Below are positions 1-10,264 of a DNA stretch of 64,000 bases, one piece after another (position 1 is the first letter of the stretch; each line of letters opens with the position of its first letter). This stretch comes from an uncultured Muribaculaceae bacterium (GTDB lineage: Bacteria; Bacteroidota; Bacteroidia; Bacteroidales; Muribaculaceae): contig CAJUCW010000016.1 of NCBI GenBank assembly GCA_910585275.1, forward strand, positions 22,493-86,492, given 5' to 3'. The notes under the pieces are model-generated. The model was not told the origin of the DNA and did not search any database. It was given only the letters and a program-made list of their open reading frames with translations. The position numbers and the translations under genes were made by a program.

Positions 1-117
1 CTCTTTCTGGATTACAGGACTCTCCTTCGAAGGCACCAGCGAAACGGTGGCCTCGTTAGCCGCCATGGCTGAAAAGGAGCAAAGTGCGGAAAGCGCAAGT
101 ATATTCAGTAATTTCAT
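1..117 (-). CDS. N-terminus of a secreted protein running off the window edge; possibly a second GH51 arabinofuranosidase
   Basis: Reverse complement reads MKLLNILALSALCSFSAMAANEATVSLVPSKESPVIQKE (signal peptide); lies co-directionally downstream of a GH51 gene. Confidence 0.55.
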   Translation of the reverse strand, partial: MKLLNILALSALCSFSAMAANEATVSLVPSKESPVIQKE

Positions 118-139
118 ATTCGGTTGTGTGTTGTATTGA

Positions 140-297
140 AGTTTAGAGTTTAAAACTCATAGTTTAAGGTTTAAGGTTTAGTTTAAGGTTTAAAGTTTAG
201 ATAATAGTGTTTGCTATCGCTAAAAGCATATACACTTCTCTAAACTTTAAACCCTTCATAAACCCTAAACTTTAAACTTTAAACCCCACCTAAACTT
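140..297. repeat. Palindromic intergenic element with heptamer (GTTTAAG/TTTAAAC) arms
   Basis: GTTTAA(A/G)G repeats on the left and (C/T)TTAAAC repeats on the right around the core GTTTAGATAATAGT...CACTTCTCTAAAC; related copies at ~43582 and ~59857. Confidence 0.75.
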
Positions 298-301
298 ATG
301 T

Positions 302-2296
302 TTATTTGCTGAAACGATACACGGCGAAAGTGTTGGCGGGGATGGTTACGGTCCAGGGAGCGGCCTTCGAACCCGAAACGCCCTCGGGGAGAGCCACGGT
401 CTTCGTCGCCGGCTTGATGATGTCCTGGTTGTCGAGCGTATTCTCTGCCACGGGGTTGTCCGAATGCAGGGTTGTGATTTCCACGGAAGCATATCCCTGG
501 TTCTTCTTCAATCCCTTGAAGTCCATCACAAGTTCCTGGGGAGCATCGCCCACGTTCGCCACCTTCACGATGAGAACGCCGTTGTCTTCCTTGGCTGCGG
601 AAGCAAACAGACCGTTCTGGTCTTCATTGCCGGCCACGGGTTTACCGTTCATCTTCAGCGGCACCACCTGGTCGCCCTTGTTGAGTCCGTAAAGTTGCTG
701 CACATAATAGCTTGCCGTAGGCATGGAGCGGAAATTGTCGAACCATATCATGTCGGGACGCCACTGCCATCCCTCAACATGGGCGAAGAGCGGCGCGTAT
801 GTGGCCATCTCCACGATGTCGGCGTTGCGCTCCAGTCCGGTCATAAAGGCGGCCTCGAGAAGGGCGGCGTTGAAGTGGTTCCATTTCTTACCCTTGCCGT
901 GGCAGGCATATTCGCCGGCAAACACCTTCGGCCCCTTGCGGTCGTAGTTGTCATAGCGGTTGCCCTGCTCCAGGAACCATTTTTCGGGACGATAGAAATG
1001 CTCGTCAACAAGGTCGGCTTTCAGACGCTTCATCTCCAGCCACAGGTAATCGAACTTCTTACCCTCCGAATCCGGACCCGAAGAACCTACAATCTTGATG
1101 TCGGGATATTTGGCACGTATGGCTTTGATGAATGGTTCCAGACGGGTGGTATAGTCGGCGTCCCACTGCTCGTTGCCTATTCCTATATATTTCATATTGA
1201 AAGGCTCCGGATGACCCATCTCGGCACGCACCTTGCCCCACTTGGAATCGGCGGGACCGTTGGCGAACTCGATTAGGTCGAGCGCATCGTCGATATACGG
1301 CTGAAGACTGTCGAGAGGCACGTGGGCTTTCGGGTCGCGGTTCTGATACTGGCAGGAAAGCCCCACGTTGAGCACCGGAAGAGGCTCGGCGCCAATCTCC
1401 TCGCTGAGAAGGAAATATTCGTAGAAGCCGAGGCCGTAGCTCTGGAAATAGTCGGGGAAGAAACGGTGGCGGAAAGTATAGTGCCAACGGTTTTCATTGA
1501 CCGGACGGTTCTCCACCGGACCTATCGTGTTTTTCCACTGGTAGCGCGTGGCAAGATCGGTGCCTTCCACGATGCAACCGCCGGGGAAGCGGAACACTCC
1601 CGGCTTGAGGTCGGCGAGTTTCTGGGCAAGATCTTTGCGGAGACCGTTCTCATGACCGTTCCACGTGTCTTCGGGGAAAAGCGACACGTGCTCGAGGTCA
1701 ACGGTTGTCTCCGGTTTGTTGAGGAATATGCGTAGCTTTCCTTTTTCCACAGTCTCTTTCGGAGAGAGGGTGGCAGTGTATTTCTTCCATTCCTTACCCG
1801 ACACCTCAATTTCAGCCACAGCCATTTCCTGGCGTTCCCCCATCGATGCGGGGTCTTCGAGTTCCACGCGTATTTTAGACTTGCCACCGTCCGGCACGCG
1901 AGCCCATACGGAGAAGCGGTAGTTCTCACCTTTGGCGAAGCTAACTCCAAAGAAACCCTCGTTGTCGAGCCCGGTGTGCTTGTCGGAGTGTCCGGCAGGC
2001 GAAAGCCTCACATAATTGGGATTACGCTCAAACGGGCCGTCGTTGCGCACCTCCACCTTGCCGAATGCGTTCCATCCCATAAGCGGCTGGGGGAAGTCGA
2101 ACGAACGGTTCTTAATCTTCTCGGCATAAAGGCCGCCGTCGGCAGCATAGTTTATATCTTCAAAGAAGAGCCCGTACATGGTGGAAGGGATGCGCGCCCC
2201 CTTCGCATTGGGCTCAATCACGAGGCGGTTGACTTCCGCCGAAACCGCGGCCGTACATCCCAAAGCGAGAAGCGCCGCAAAAATCGATCTTTTCAT
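302..2296 (-). CDS. Alpha-L-arabinofuranosidase, GH51
   Basis: YGLFFEDINYAADGGLYAE, RFPGGCIVEG, GNEQW, GEYA and MATYAPLF motifs; start moved to MKRSIF (signal peptide). Confidence 0.93.
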   Translation of the reverse strand: MKRSIFAALLALGCTAAVSAEVNRLVIEPNAKGARIPSTMYGLFFEDINYAADGGLYAEKIKNRSFDFPQPLMGWNAFGKVEVRNDGPFERNPNYVRLSPAGHSDKHTGLDNEGFFGVSFAKGENYRFSVWARVPDGGKSKIRVELEDPASMGERQEMAVAEIEVSGKEWKKYTATLSPKETVEKGKLRIFLNKPETTVDLEHVSLFPEDTWNGHENGLRKDLAQKLADLKPGVFRFPGGCIVEGTDLATRYQWKNTIGPVENRPVNENRWHYTFRHRFFPDYFQSYGLGFYEYFLLSEEIGAEPLPVLNVGLSCQYQNRDPKAHVPLDSLQPYIDDALDLIEFANGPADSKWGKVRAEMGHPEPFNMKYIGIGNEQWDADYTTRLEPFIKAIRAKYPDIKIVGSSGPDSEGKKFDYLWLEMKRLKADLVDEHFYRPEKWFLEQGNRYDNYDRKGPKVFAGEYACHGKGKKWNHFNAALLEAAFMTGLERNADIVEMATYAPLFAHVEGWQWRPDMIWFDNFRSMPTASYYVQQLYGLNKGDQVVPLKMNGKPVAGNEDQNGLFASAAKEDNGVLIVKVANVGDAPQELVMDFKGLKKNQGYASVEITTLHSDNPVAENTLDNQDIIKPATKTVALPEGVSGSKAAPWTVTIPANTFAVYRFSK

Positions 2297-2541
2297 GTTA
2301 TGGTTTTTTCGAGTTTTTCTTTTTTTACGCAATATGCGGGGACCGGACATGGAAGTTTTTAATGCTTCTTTCTTCAAAAAAAACTTCATCCTCGCAACAG
2401 CAATTCTGTTCCGATTGCAAATTTAAATATAAAAATTGAACTAAAAGTGTAAAAAATATTCAAAAAAGGTGGACTTTTCAGTCATCTTTGTCATTTCATG
2501 ATTAATTAGTAACTTTGCATCAATATAATAGTGGATTTTCA

Positions 2542-4677
2542 ATGTTAAAACTTTTTCCGGCGCGCTCGGTGATGGCGCCGCTCATGGCCGTGGCAGCCAA
2601 CATAATCCTTGTGTTCGTAGTCTATTCCATAGCCCGCGTGGAATACCTTCTTGAGAACTGGAGCTATTTTTCACAGAGCGTAGCCGACGGAAGAATATGG
2701 CAACTCCTGCGTGCCGGCGTGGTGTTTGACACCCCCGGCATTTTCTATACCAACGCCCTCTACGTGCTGCTCATGCTCTTCCCCATGCACTTGAAAGAGA
2801 GGGAAGGATGGTATAAGGGTTGCAAATGGGTATTCATCATAATCAATTCGCTGACGCTTGTGGCGAATCTCGCTGATTCGGTCTATTTCAGCTATACGCT
2901 CAAACGCACGTCGTGGAGCGTGTTCGGTGAATTCGGCAACGAAACCAATTTCGCAAAAATAGCCGGAGTGGAACTCCTGGGCCACTGGTATCTGGTCTTG
3001 CTCGCGGTCGTGCTGATATGGGGGATGTGGAAACTATATGTGAGTCCCGCCATGGAAATCAGCCGGCAGTCGCTCGTAAGATATTACATACTTTCACTGC
3101 TGAGCCTTGCCGTAGCGGGCGTCACGGTGGTGGCGGGAATACGCGGCGGCCTGTTCAACCATTGGTATAACTATTTCGCGGCATTCCCGTTGGCCTATAT
3201 ATGCTGGCGGCTGTTGAAAACGAAAAAGCCGTCTTCCCGACGCAAAACCGCCGGCATACTTTGCGGCGCGGCGGCATTGGCCCTTATCGCCACGGCCCCA
3301 ATCGGAGGCTGGCGCCACCGCGACATCCGCCCCATTGCCATATCCAACGCCAACGCCTACACATCACGCCCGATAGAGACGGCCCTCGTGCTCAACACTC
3401 CTTTCTCCATGATTCGATCAATCGGCAACGTGCCTTTCCACGACCCCCACTATTTCGACGACAAGGCGCAACTCGATGCCGTTTTCTCGCCGGTGCATAC
3501 CCCGACGTTGCCCGATTCTTTGAAAAAAGAGGGTAAGAACCTTTGCGTCATCATCATCGAAAGCTTCGGAAAGGAATATATAGGAGCCCTCAACAAAGAT
3601 ATACTCGGTGAAGGCTACAAAGGTTTCACCCCCTTCACCGACTCCCTTCTGCAACACAGCGCATGGTGGAAATATTCTTACGACAACGGGCAGAAAAGCA
3701 TCGACGGAATGCCGAGCATCCTCGCAAGCATTCCAAAATTCGTGCGTCCGTTCATCGTCACCCCGCAAGCCGTCAACAAACTGAAGGGGATTCCCGCCCT
3801 CCTCGGTGAAAAGGGGTATTCCTCGGCTTTCTTCCACGGCGCACGCACCGGTAGCATGGGATTCGACGGCTTCGCACGTTCAATAGGTTTCCAAAACTAT
3901 TACGGCAGGGAAGATTTCTCTAAAGACCCACGCTTCGGCGGCGACAAAGACTTCGACGGCTACTGGGCCATCTGGGACGAACCGTTCATGAAATGGTTCG
4001 CCTTGAAAATGACCGACATGAAGCAACCTTTCATGACCGCCATCTTCACAGCCTCAAACCATCACCCATTCCGCATCCCCGACGAATATGCCGGCAAGTT
4101 CCCGGAAGGCTCCATGGAAATACACAAGACCGTAGGCTATACCGACAACGCCCTGCGCGAGTTCTTCGCCACGGCCAAACGACAGCCATGGTATTCCAAC
4201 ACCGTTTTCATCATCACCAACGACCATACCAACATGCGCGGGTTCGACGAATACCGCAGCGACATCGGCAGTTTCTACGGCCCTGTCATAGTGTTCGACC
4301 CTTCGGGCGAAATCTCACCGGGGGAAAGGGAAGCCATAGCCCAGCAAATCGACATTATGCCGACGATGGTGAACTATCTCGGATATGACAAACCTTACGT
4401 GGCATACGGCATCGACCTCTTCAACACCCCGGCCGAAGACACGTGGGCGGTCAACAACATCAACGACATTTTCCAATACGTGAAATACGGCTACGTGCTG
4501 CAGTTCGACGGGGAGAAAACCACCGCCATATATTCTATCGACGACCATCTCATGCGCAATAACCTCTTAGGGAAAGTGGCGCAGCAACAGAAGATGGAAA
4601 CCGAACTGAAGGCAATACTCCAATCGTATATGGACCGCATGCTTTCCGACCAACTCACGGCTCCTGACAATCCCTGA
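2542..4677 (+). CDS. LTA synthase family / sulfatase-like membrane protein
   Basis: N-terminal TM helices, then IIIESF, SIDGMPSIL, TASNHHPF and NDHT metal-binding motifs. Confidence 0.88.
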   Translation: MLKLFPARSVMAPLMAVAANIILVFVVYSIARVEYLLENWSYFSQSVADGRIWQLLRAGVVFDTPGIFYTNALYVLLMLFPMHLKEREGWYKGCKWVFIIINSLTLVANLADSVYFSYTLKRTSWSVFGEFGNETNFAKIAGVELLGHWYLVLLAVVLIWGMWKLYVSPAMEISRQSLVRYYILSLLSLAVAGVTVVAGIRGGLFNHWYNYFAAFPLAYICWRLLKTKKPSSRRKTAGILCGAAALALIATAPIGGWRHRDIRPIAISNANAYTSRPIETALVLNTPFSMIRSIGNVPFHDPHYFDDKAQLDAVFSPVHTPTLPDSLKKEGKNLCVIIIESFGKEYIGALNKDILGEGYKGFTPFTDSLLQHSAWWKYSYDNGQKSIDGMPSILASIPKFVRPFIVTPQAVNKLKGIPALLGEKGYSSAFFHGARTGSMGFDGFARSIGFQNYYGREDFSKDPRFGGDKDFDGYWAIWDEPFMKWFALKMTDMKQPFMTAIFTASNHHPFRIPDEYAGKFPEGSMEIHKTVGYTDNALREFFATAKRQPWYSNTVFIITNDHTNMRGFDEYRSDIGSFYGPVIVFDPSGEISPGEREAIAQQIDIMPTMVNYLGYDKPYVAYGIDLFNTPAEDTWAVNNINDIFQYVKYGYVLQFDGEKTTAIYSIDDHLMRNNLLGKVAQQQKMETELKAILQSYMDRMLSDQLTAPDNP

Positions 4678-4728
4678 TACTCCAACCAGAACAACCAAGG
4701 ACAACCAGAGTTGTTTACAATCCTCAAT

Positions 4729-4753
4729 GTAGGGACATGCCTTTGGCATGTTT
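4729..4753 (+). repeat. GTAG-family REP sequence
   Basis: GTAGGGACATGCCTTTGGCATGTTT; near-identical copies at 6581, 12752 (rc), 41462 and 41512 (rc). Confidence 0.8.
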
Positions 4754-4859
4754 GATACCTTCCCGGTGATCGATACCACCTTTCCGGGCTTGACTCTACC
4801 TTCCCGAGGTTGACTATTCTTTCGGGAGATAAACCACGAATTTTAACAATGAATTGAAA

Positions 4860-6050
4860 ATGGAAAAGAAAGAGACAAAGGAACGGCTTTGGAACCGCAA
4901 TTACTGCAAAGCCATGATCGGCAATTTCATGCTTTTCTTCTCATTCTATATCCTTACGCCTCTCCTGCCGATATATCTCGACGCGCAGTTCGCCGCCGAC
5001 AAAGACGTGATGGGGCTCGTGCTCTCGGGGTATGTAGTGGCTGCCCTCTTGGTGCGCCCCTTCAGCGGATTCATAGTGGATACCTTCGACCGCAAAAAGG
5101 TGCTAATGCTCTGTTTCTTCGCTTTCTTTATACTTTTCACCGGATATATAGGAGCCGGCACGCTCCTGCTTTTCGCCATTGTGCGTACGCTCCACGGGTT
5201 GCCGTTCGGAGCGGTCACCGTGGCCAATTCCACGATGGCGATAGACGTGCTCCCCTCTTCGCGAAGAAACGAGGGGATAGGGTTCTATGGCCTGAGCAAT
5301 AACCTCGCGATGGCTTTCGCCCCTTCGATTGGAATATGGATATATCACGCCTCCGACAATTTCCAACTCCTCTTCTGGATTGCACTCGTCACAGCCCTCG
5401 TGGGCTTCCTCACGGTCTCCTCTATCAAGACCTCAGTGCGCCCTCCTAAAAAAGAGAAGCAGCCGATAAGTTTCGACCGCTTCTTCCTTACTCGGGGATG
5501 GCTTCTCGCCATAAATATAATGTGTTTCAGCATTTGCTGGGGCATAATGTCGAACTATGTGGCGATTTATGGAGCCGAAGTGCTGAATATCACCGACGGC
5601 ACCGGGCTTTTCTTCATGATTCTCTCCGCCGGACTGTTCCTTTCGCGCCTCCAAGGTTCGAAAGCACTTGCCAAAGGAAAGATAGTGGAAAATGCCGCAC
5701 TCGGCGTGATACTCTCATTGATAGGCTATACCCTGTTCGCCTCGGTGGAGCACCCGTGGGCCTACTATCTTTCTGCCGCCTTCATCGGCCTGGGCAACGG
5801 ACACATGTATCCGGCATTCCTCAACATGTTCATAAAACTTGCCCGCAACGACCAGCGCGGCACAGCCAACTCCTCCATCCTCACCGCGTGGGACCTCGGC
5901 ATGGGACTCGGCATAGTGGCCGGAGGTTTCCTTCTTGAATACATTTCCTATGCGGCAGCATTCTGGGGTGCGGCAGCCATGCAACTCGCCGGCACCCTCC
6001 TCTTCTACCTCGCCTCCCGCCGCTTCTTCACCTCCCGCCGCCTCGATTGA
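4860..6050 (+). CDS. MFS transporter
   Basis: About 12 hydrophobic helices; GFIVDTFDRKK motif-A-like loop. Confidence 0.9.
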   Translation: MEKKETKERLWNRNYCKAMIGNFMLFFSFYILTPLLPIYLDAQFAADKDVMGLVLSGYVVAALLVRPFSGFIVDTFDRKKVLMLCFFAFFILFTGYIGAGTLLLFAIVRTLHGLPFGAVTVANSTMAIDVLPSSRRNEGIGFYGLSNNLAMAFAPSIGIWIYHASDNFQLLFWIALVTALVGFLTVSSIKTSVRPPKKEKQPISFDRFFLTRGWLLAINIMCFSICWGIMSNYVAIYGAEVLNITDGTGLFFMILSAGLFLSRLQGSKALAKGKIVENAALGVILSLIGYTLFASVEHPWAYYLSAAFIGLGNGHMYPAFLNMFIKLARNDQRGTANSSILTAWDLGMGLGIVAGGFLLEYISYAAAFWGAAAMQLAGTLLFYLASRRFFTSRRLD

Positions 6051-6580
6051 CTCAGTGCGCATCCATGTTAAGAGCTGTGCGGCCATTCAATCCGTAACAT
6101 ATATATCCGTATTTACGTTCCTTCACCGGTTACGCGCACTGATGTAAAAGACGTTATTCCATCTTGACGCGGAAAGTAACTTGATAGAAAATAAAAAAGG
6201 CATTGTAGAAATTTCAATTTCACACCCATTGAAAATCAGACTATTATAATCATTATTGTAGAAATTTGTGAAGAATTGATAGAAAATTAGAAAGAATTAA
6301 CATAGTTTTTCAATCCTTTTACCGCTTCTGATTAGTCATGGGAATACGACAAATCATAACTTTTGATACGCTTCCCACAATACCCAAAATTCACTTTACA
6401 CAATTTGTTTTAAACCTGGAATCGTAATCCATAACTCTACATATCTTAAAGTATACAATACGACTATTAAATGCTTATTTTACAACATTTAATTGAATTG
6501 ACACATTCCATGACGGACTTTGGAGGAGCCTTTTGTAATTTTGCCCTCACATTAGTTCCTTATTAGTTGTGCTATTAAAT

Positions 6581-6605
6581 GTAGGGACATGCCTCCGGCA
6601 TGTTT
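6581..6605 (+). repeat. GTAG-family REP sequence
   Basis: GTAGGGACATGCCTCCGGCATGTTT. Confidence 0.8.
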
Positions 6606-6663
6606 GATTATTCAAATCTGAACGCACCAATCTTTATGCATTATCTATAATTTATAAAATATT

Positions 6664-7425
6664 ATGAAACGTATAACCTTTTTTGTCGTCGGCTTACTTG
6701 TAGCCTTGTTCCCTTTTATGGCGTTGGCTAAATACAAGAATTATTATTCCTATTTCAAGGATAATGATATCACCATAAATCCTCCCGAAGAAGGGTTCCA
6801 TGAAGTGGACAGTATAGGATTTATATGCTTGTTCGTTAATCCGCAATTTATGTTCAAGGAAGAGAACATGGAGAAATTATATAAAGTGTCGATACATCCG
6901 GCTATTTTCGAATCCGAATCAAGCGACGCTCTGCTTTTGTATCCATGTTTAGAACTTTTGGACTATAGCGATTTGCCGCAAAATGAGTTGAAAGTGGTAG
7001 CTGAAGACGAAAACTTCGATACAAGCGACCGTATTCGTAAAATATTTGGCAAGGATATGTCACAATATTGCAATGCCGATACCGCATACGTATATAGTTT
7101 TGATCTAAGGGAACCTTTCAGAGGTAAGTTCACACATTGTATTGGCATAGTCCTGAGGAAATATGCCCATGATGGAATGGCAATGAAGGTATTGACCACA
7201 GACGAAGGCAAACCAAACGCCGAGAAATATATGCGAACGCTTCTTAACAGCATCAAGTATGGCAATGAAGTGACGGAAAAAGGTCTTTTTTTAGAGAAAA
7301 ATGCCATTGAAATTCAAGAAGACATTAAAAAAAATCCTCCACGAATTGACCCTAATTATATTCGCCTTCAAAACAAGAATTGGATTGAAATATTAGAGCT
7401 CCAGCGCCAAGGAAAGAGTATCTGA
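6664..7425 (+). CDS. Hypothetical exported protein (AT-rich)
   Basis: 253-aa ORF with an N-terminal signal peptide; no family recognised. Confidence 0.7.
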   Translation: MKRITFFVVGLLVALFPFMALAKYKNYYSYFKDNDITINPPEEGFHEVDSIGFICLFVNPQFMFKEENMEKLYKVSIHPAIFESESSDALLLYPCLELLDYSDLPQNELKVVAEDENFDTSDRIRKIFGKDMSQYCNADTAYVYSFDLREPFRGKFTHCIGIVLRKYAHDGMAMKVLTTDEGKPNAEKYMRTLLNSIKYGNEVTEKGLFLEKNAIEIQEDIKKNPPRIDPNYIRLQNKNWIEILELQRQGKSI

Positions 7426-7431
7426 CGTGTC

Positions 7432-7478
7432 GGTGGATTGCATATTCATTCTATTTTAAAGTGAATATGCAATCCACC
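7432..7478. terminator. Hairpin between the two AT-rich genes
   Basis: GGTGGATTGCATATTCA ... TGAATATGCAATCCACC inverted repeat. Confidence 0.55.
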
Positions 7479-7509
7479 TATTTATTGAATCCAATTAATC
7501 ATTACTAAA

Positions 7510-8613
7510 ATGTTAAAACAAGGCATTTTATATAATTATTCTAAACTTCGATTTCCTTCGATGGAACATTTCCTCCTGCTTGGGATATGCGCCGTGGCGG
7601 TATTCGGTTGGTCAGACTCAATGAATAGCCGTCTTATTTTGGCGAAGCAATACTATACCTTGTCGGCATTATCTGCGGCGGCTTTAATCTTTGCCATAAA
7701 GTTCTTTAGAACAGGAATATTAAAAATAGATTTCTCTACCGTAGCCTGGATTTTTACAATAATATGTACGGCAGAAGCAATTTATGCGATTGGACAGTGG
7801 GTTGGATTGGCAAATTCCGATGTTATTTACAAAGTAGCCGGTCATTTCGACAATCCTGCAGGTTTGGCATCATGTTTGTGCGTAGGAATGCCGTTTGTTA
7901 TCTACCTATATGATAAAGGAAATTCGAAAGCATTTCTTTTATGCGGCATTACGCTATTATGTGCCGTGATTCTGGCTAAATCGAGAACAGCCATAATTGC
8001 CGTCGTAATATTACTAACCAACTATACGCTTGGAAAGACAGGAATTATAGCCATTGTCAAAGACACCATCAAAATGACAAAACTCAGTAAACGAAGGTGG
8101 AGTATCGTCATATTTATCGGGGCTGCCTACAGTTTATGGTTATCAGTACAAAAAATTGAAATGCAATATAAATGGAAAAATGCATATAAAAACCACGACA
8201 TCACGGCATATCAATATATAGAGCCATATCTTGATGAAGATATTTTCTTTCTATACAATTATGCAGTAGAACTATTAGACAAAGGATTAACCGATAAGAG
8301 CTTGAACGTGGCTTTGAAATGCGACAAATTACTTGCCAACTATGACCTCGAATTGCTGTTGGGCGACATATATGCCATTAAAGGAGATATAGAACAGGCA
8401 GAACTACATTATTACCGAGCCGCCTCTATGTGTCCGTGCAGATATATGCCGTATAACCAACTATATGATCTCTATATAGCCAACGGATATAACGAAAAAG
8501 GCCTGTCAATAGCCAGAAAAGTTATTGACAAGCCGATTAAAGTGCGTTCGCGGCCAGTAATGCAAATACGTTTTAAAATGAAGAAAGCATTAGGACTGAC
8601 CGAAGACGCATGA
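7510..8613 (+). CDS. O-antigen ligase-like membrane protein with C-terminal TPR region, apparently shortened internally
   Basis: GHFDNPAG and SRTAI motifs, TM helices, C-terminal TPR-like segment with ASMCPCRYMP. Confidence 0.65.
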   Translation: MLKQGILYNYSKLRFPSMEHFLLLGICAVAVFGWSDSMNSRLILAKQYYTLSALSAAALIFAIKFFRTGILKIDFSTVAWIFTIICTAEAIYAIGQWVGLANSDVIYKVAGHFDNPAGLASCLCVGMPFVIYLYDKGNSKAFLLCGITLLCAVILAKSRTAIIAVVILLTNYTLGKTGIIAIVKDTIKMTKLSKRRWSIVIFIGAAYSLWLSVQKIEMQYKWKNAYKNHDITAYQYIEPYLDEDIFFLYNYAVELLDKGLTDKSLNVALKCDKLLANYDLELLLGDIYAIKGDIEQAELHYYRAASMCPCRYMPYNQLYDLYIANGYNEKGLSIARKVIDKPIKVRSRPVMQIRFKMKKALGLTEDA

Positions 8614-8641
8614 AACAATCAAATAGAATCAAAACATAACA

Positions 8642-10243
8642 TCAGAATCCTTTCCAGCGGTCGCGCCAGTAGGAGTTGCCGAGCTCGTCCCAACGGACTA
8701 TGGTGGCACCGAAGAAGTCGCGTGTGTAGTCGGTCAGCAGCTGTGCCGCTTCCTCTTCGTTGCCGGAATCAAGCAACCTCTTATATTCGCTCTCCAAAGC
8801 CGGAAGCTCGCGCTTCCCTTTCTTCAGGAAATGGTCGCGTGCCGGCTCAAGGGTCTTGCGCGCGTCGCCCCATCTCACGGTGGCAAGCTTGTTGGCTTTA
8901 CGATAGTGCCAGAGGGCGGCATCGTCGCGGGTGCGGTGCTGTCCGCACACCTTCAGCATAGCCGGGAGATCGGTTGTGCCGGCAAAGACAGGGAAACGCG
9001 GCGACTGCCCCGGGTTGTCGAGACATATCCATGCCACTCCCCCTACGCCGTCGGGAAGCCAGTCGCGACATTGTATGATGGTGGAATAAGCACACCATGG
9101 TACGCTTACGGTGCGTATATTGTGCATCACGCTGTCGCCCAAAGCCTCATACACAGCAATCTCGTCAGGCTGCATCCACGGGTTGGCTACGGGGCTCACG
9201 ACGCTGTCGGGCACCTCGTCACCGTCTCCCTCTTTCTTTTTACCATTCTTCACCTTCAGACGCCCGCTAAGGTTCATGGCGGTGCCTTCGTAATAAGAAC
9301 CGAGAAGACGCGCCATGTCTTCCACCGAAACCTTCTTTTCCGGCTTCACGCTCAAAGGAAGCTCCTCCATCCCGTCGTTTAACCCGGCATTGGGGGCAAG
9401 CTGCTGCATTATGAAAAGTTCGCGCACGCTGTAGTTCTTCGGCTCCTTCATGTAGTTGCCCTTGCTGTAGGCTTTCCAGAAAGAGAACTCTCCCTTACCG
9501 TCCCAAAGACCCATTTTCTTCGCCACATCCTTCACATTGTCGGAGGCCATGTAGTTCTCTTTGTCATTGAGGTCGAGTCTGCCGATGCGGCTCACGTTGG
9601 CCGAGACGGCTATGTGGTCGTCGGGGATACGCACTGCCGCCCATACACCCCCTTTCTTTTTCGGTCCTTCACCCTGCACCTCGAAAATCCATACCTCCTT
9701 CGGGTCGGCTATGGTGAGACATTCACCTCCGTCGCCATATCCGTATTCCTTTATAAGTTTACCCATAAGCGTTATGGCCTCGCGGGCGGTGGAGCAACGT
9801 TCGAGAACTATCCTCTGGAGTTCCTCAATCATGAACATCCCTTCCTTGTTGACCATCGTGTCAAGTCCGGAATAAGTGGTCTCGCCGATGGCAAGCTGTT
9901 TTTCGTTGAGGCAGGGATAGGCGGTGTCGAGGAAACGATAGGTGTGGCGAGCCTGGGGAATCTTCCCTTTCTCTTTCATGCCGTCGAGGCTCCCCGGATA
10001 TTCGGTGTGCATCCTCCCCTCATATACGCTCATGACGGTATCGCGCGAATAATCCTTGGGAGCTACTGATTCCATCCACGTGCGATACCAGGAATCGCAC
10101 GTGTGGCTCGTCATCACCGACCCGTCGGCCGATGCATTCTTTCCCACCATTATACTCGTGCATGCATCAGCCGGCGTTTGTGCAGCCGACGGCATTGCGA
10201 AAACGATTGCTGCTACAGCAACTATGTCTCTAATCTTTATCAT
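8642..10243 (-). CDS. Peptidase family C69 (dipeptidase/secernin-like)
   Basis: Signal peptide followed by the catalytic CTSIMVGK; NEKQLAIGETT and LERCSTAREAI motifs. Confidence 0.9.
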   Translation of the reverse strand: MIKIRDIVAVAAIVFAMPSAAQTPADACTSIMVGKNASADGSVMTSHTCDSWYRTWMESVAPKDYSRDTVMSVYEGRMHTEYPGSLDGMKEKGKIPQARHTYRFLDTAYPCLNEKQLAIGETTYSGLDTMVNKEGMFMIEELQRIVLERCSTAREAITLMGKLIKEYGYGDGGECLTIADPKEVWIFEVQGEGPKKKGGVWAAVRIPDDHIAVSANVSRIGRLDLNDKENYMASDNVKDVAKKMGLWDGKGEFSFWKAYSKGNYMKEPKNYSVRELFIMQQLAPNAGLNDGMEELPLSVKPEKKVSVEDMARLLGSYYEGTAMNLSGRLKVKNGKKKEGDGDEVPDSVVSPVANPWMQPDEIAVYEALGDSVMHNIRTVSVPWCAYSTIIQCRDWLPDGVGGVAWICLDNPGQSPRFPVFAGTTDLPAMLKVCGQHRTRDDAALWHYRKANKLATVRWGDARKTLEPARDHFLKKGKRELPALESEYKRLLDSGNEEEAAQLLTDYTRDFFGATIVRWDELGNSYWRDRWKGF

Positions 10244-10264
10244 GGTTGTTACGGTTAATTGTTA

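Noticed and set aside
4757..4828. Degenerate ~21-bp tandem repeats upstream of the MFS gene
   Set aside because: Only about three poorly conserved units; insufficient to assign a function.
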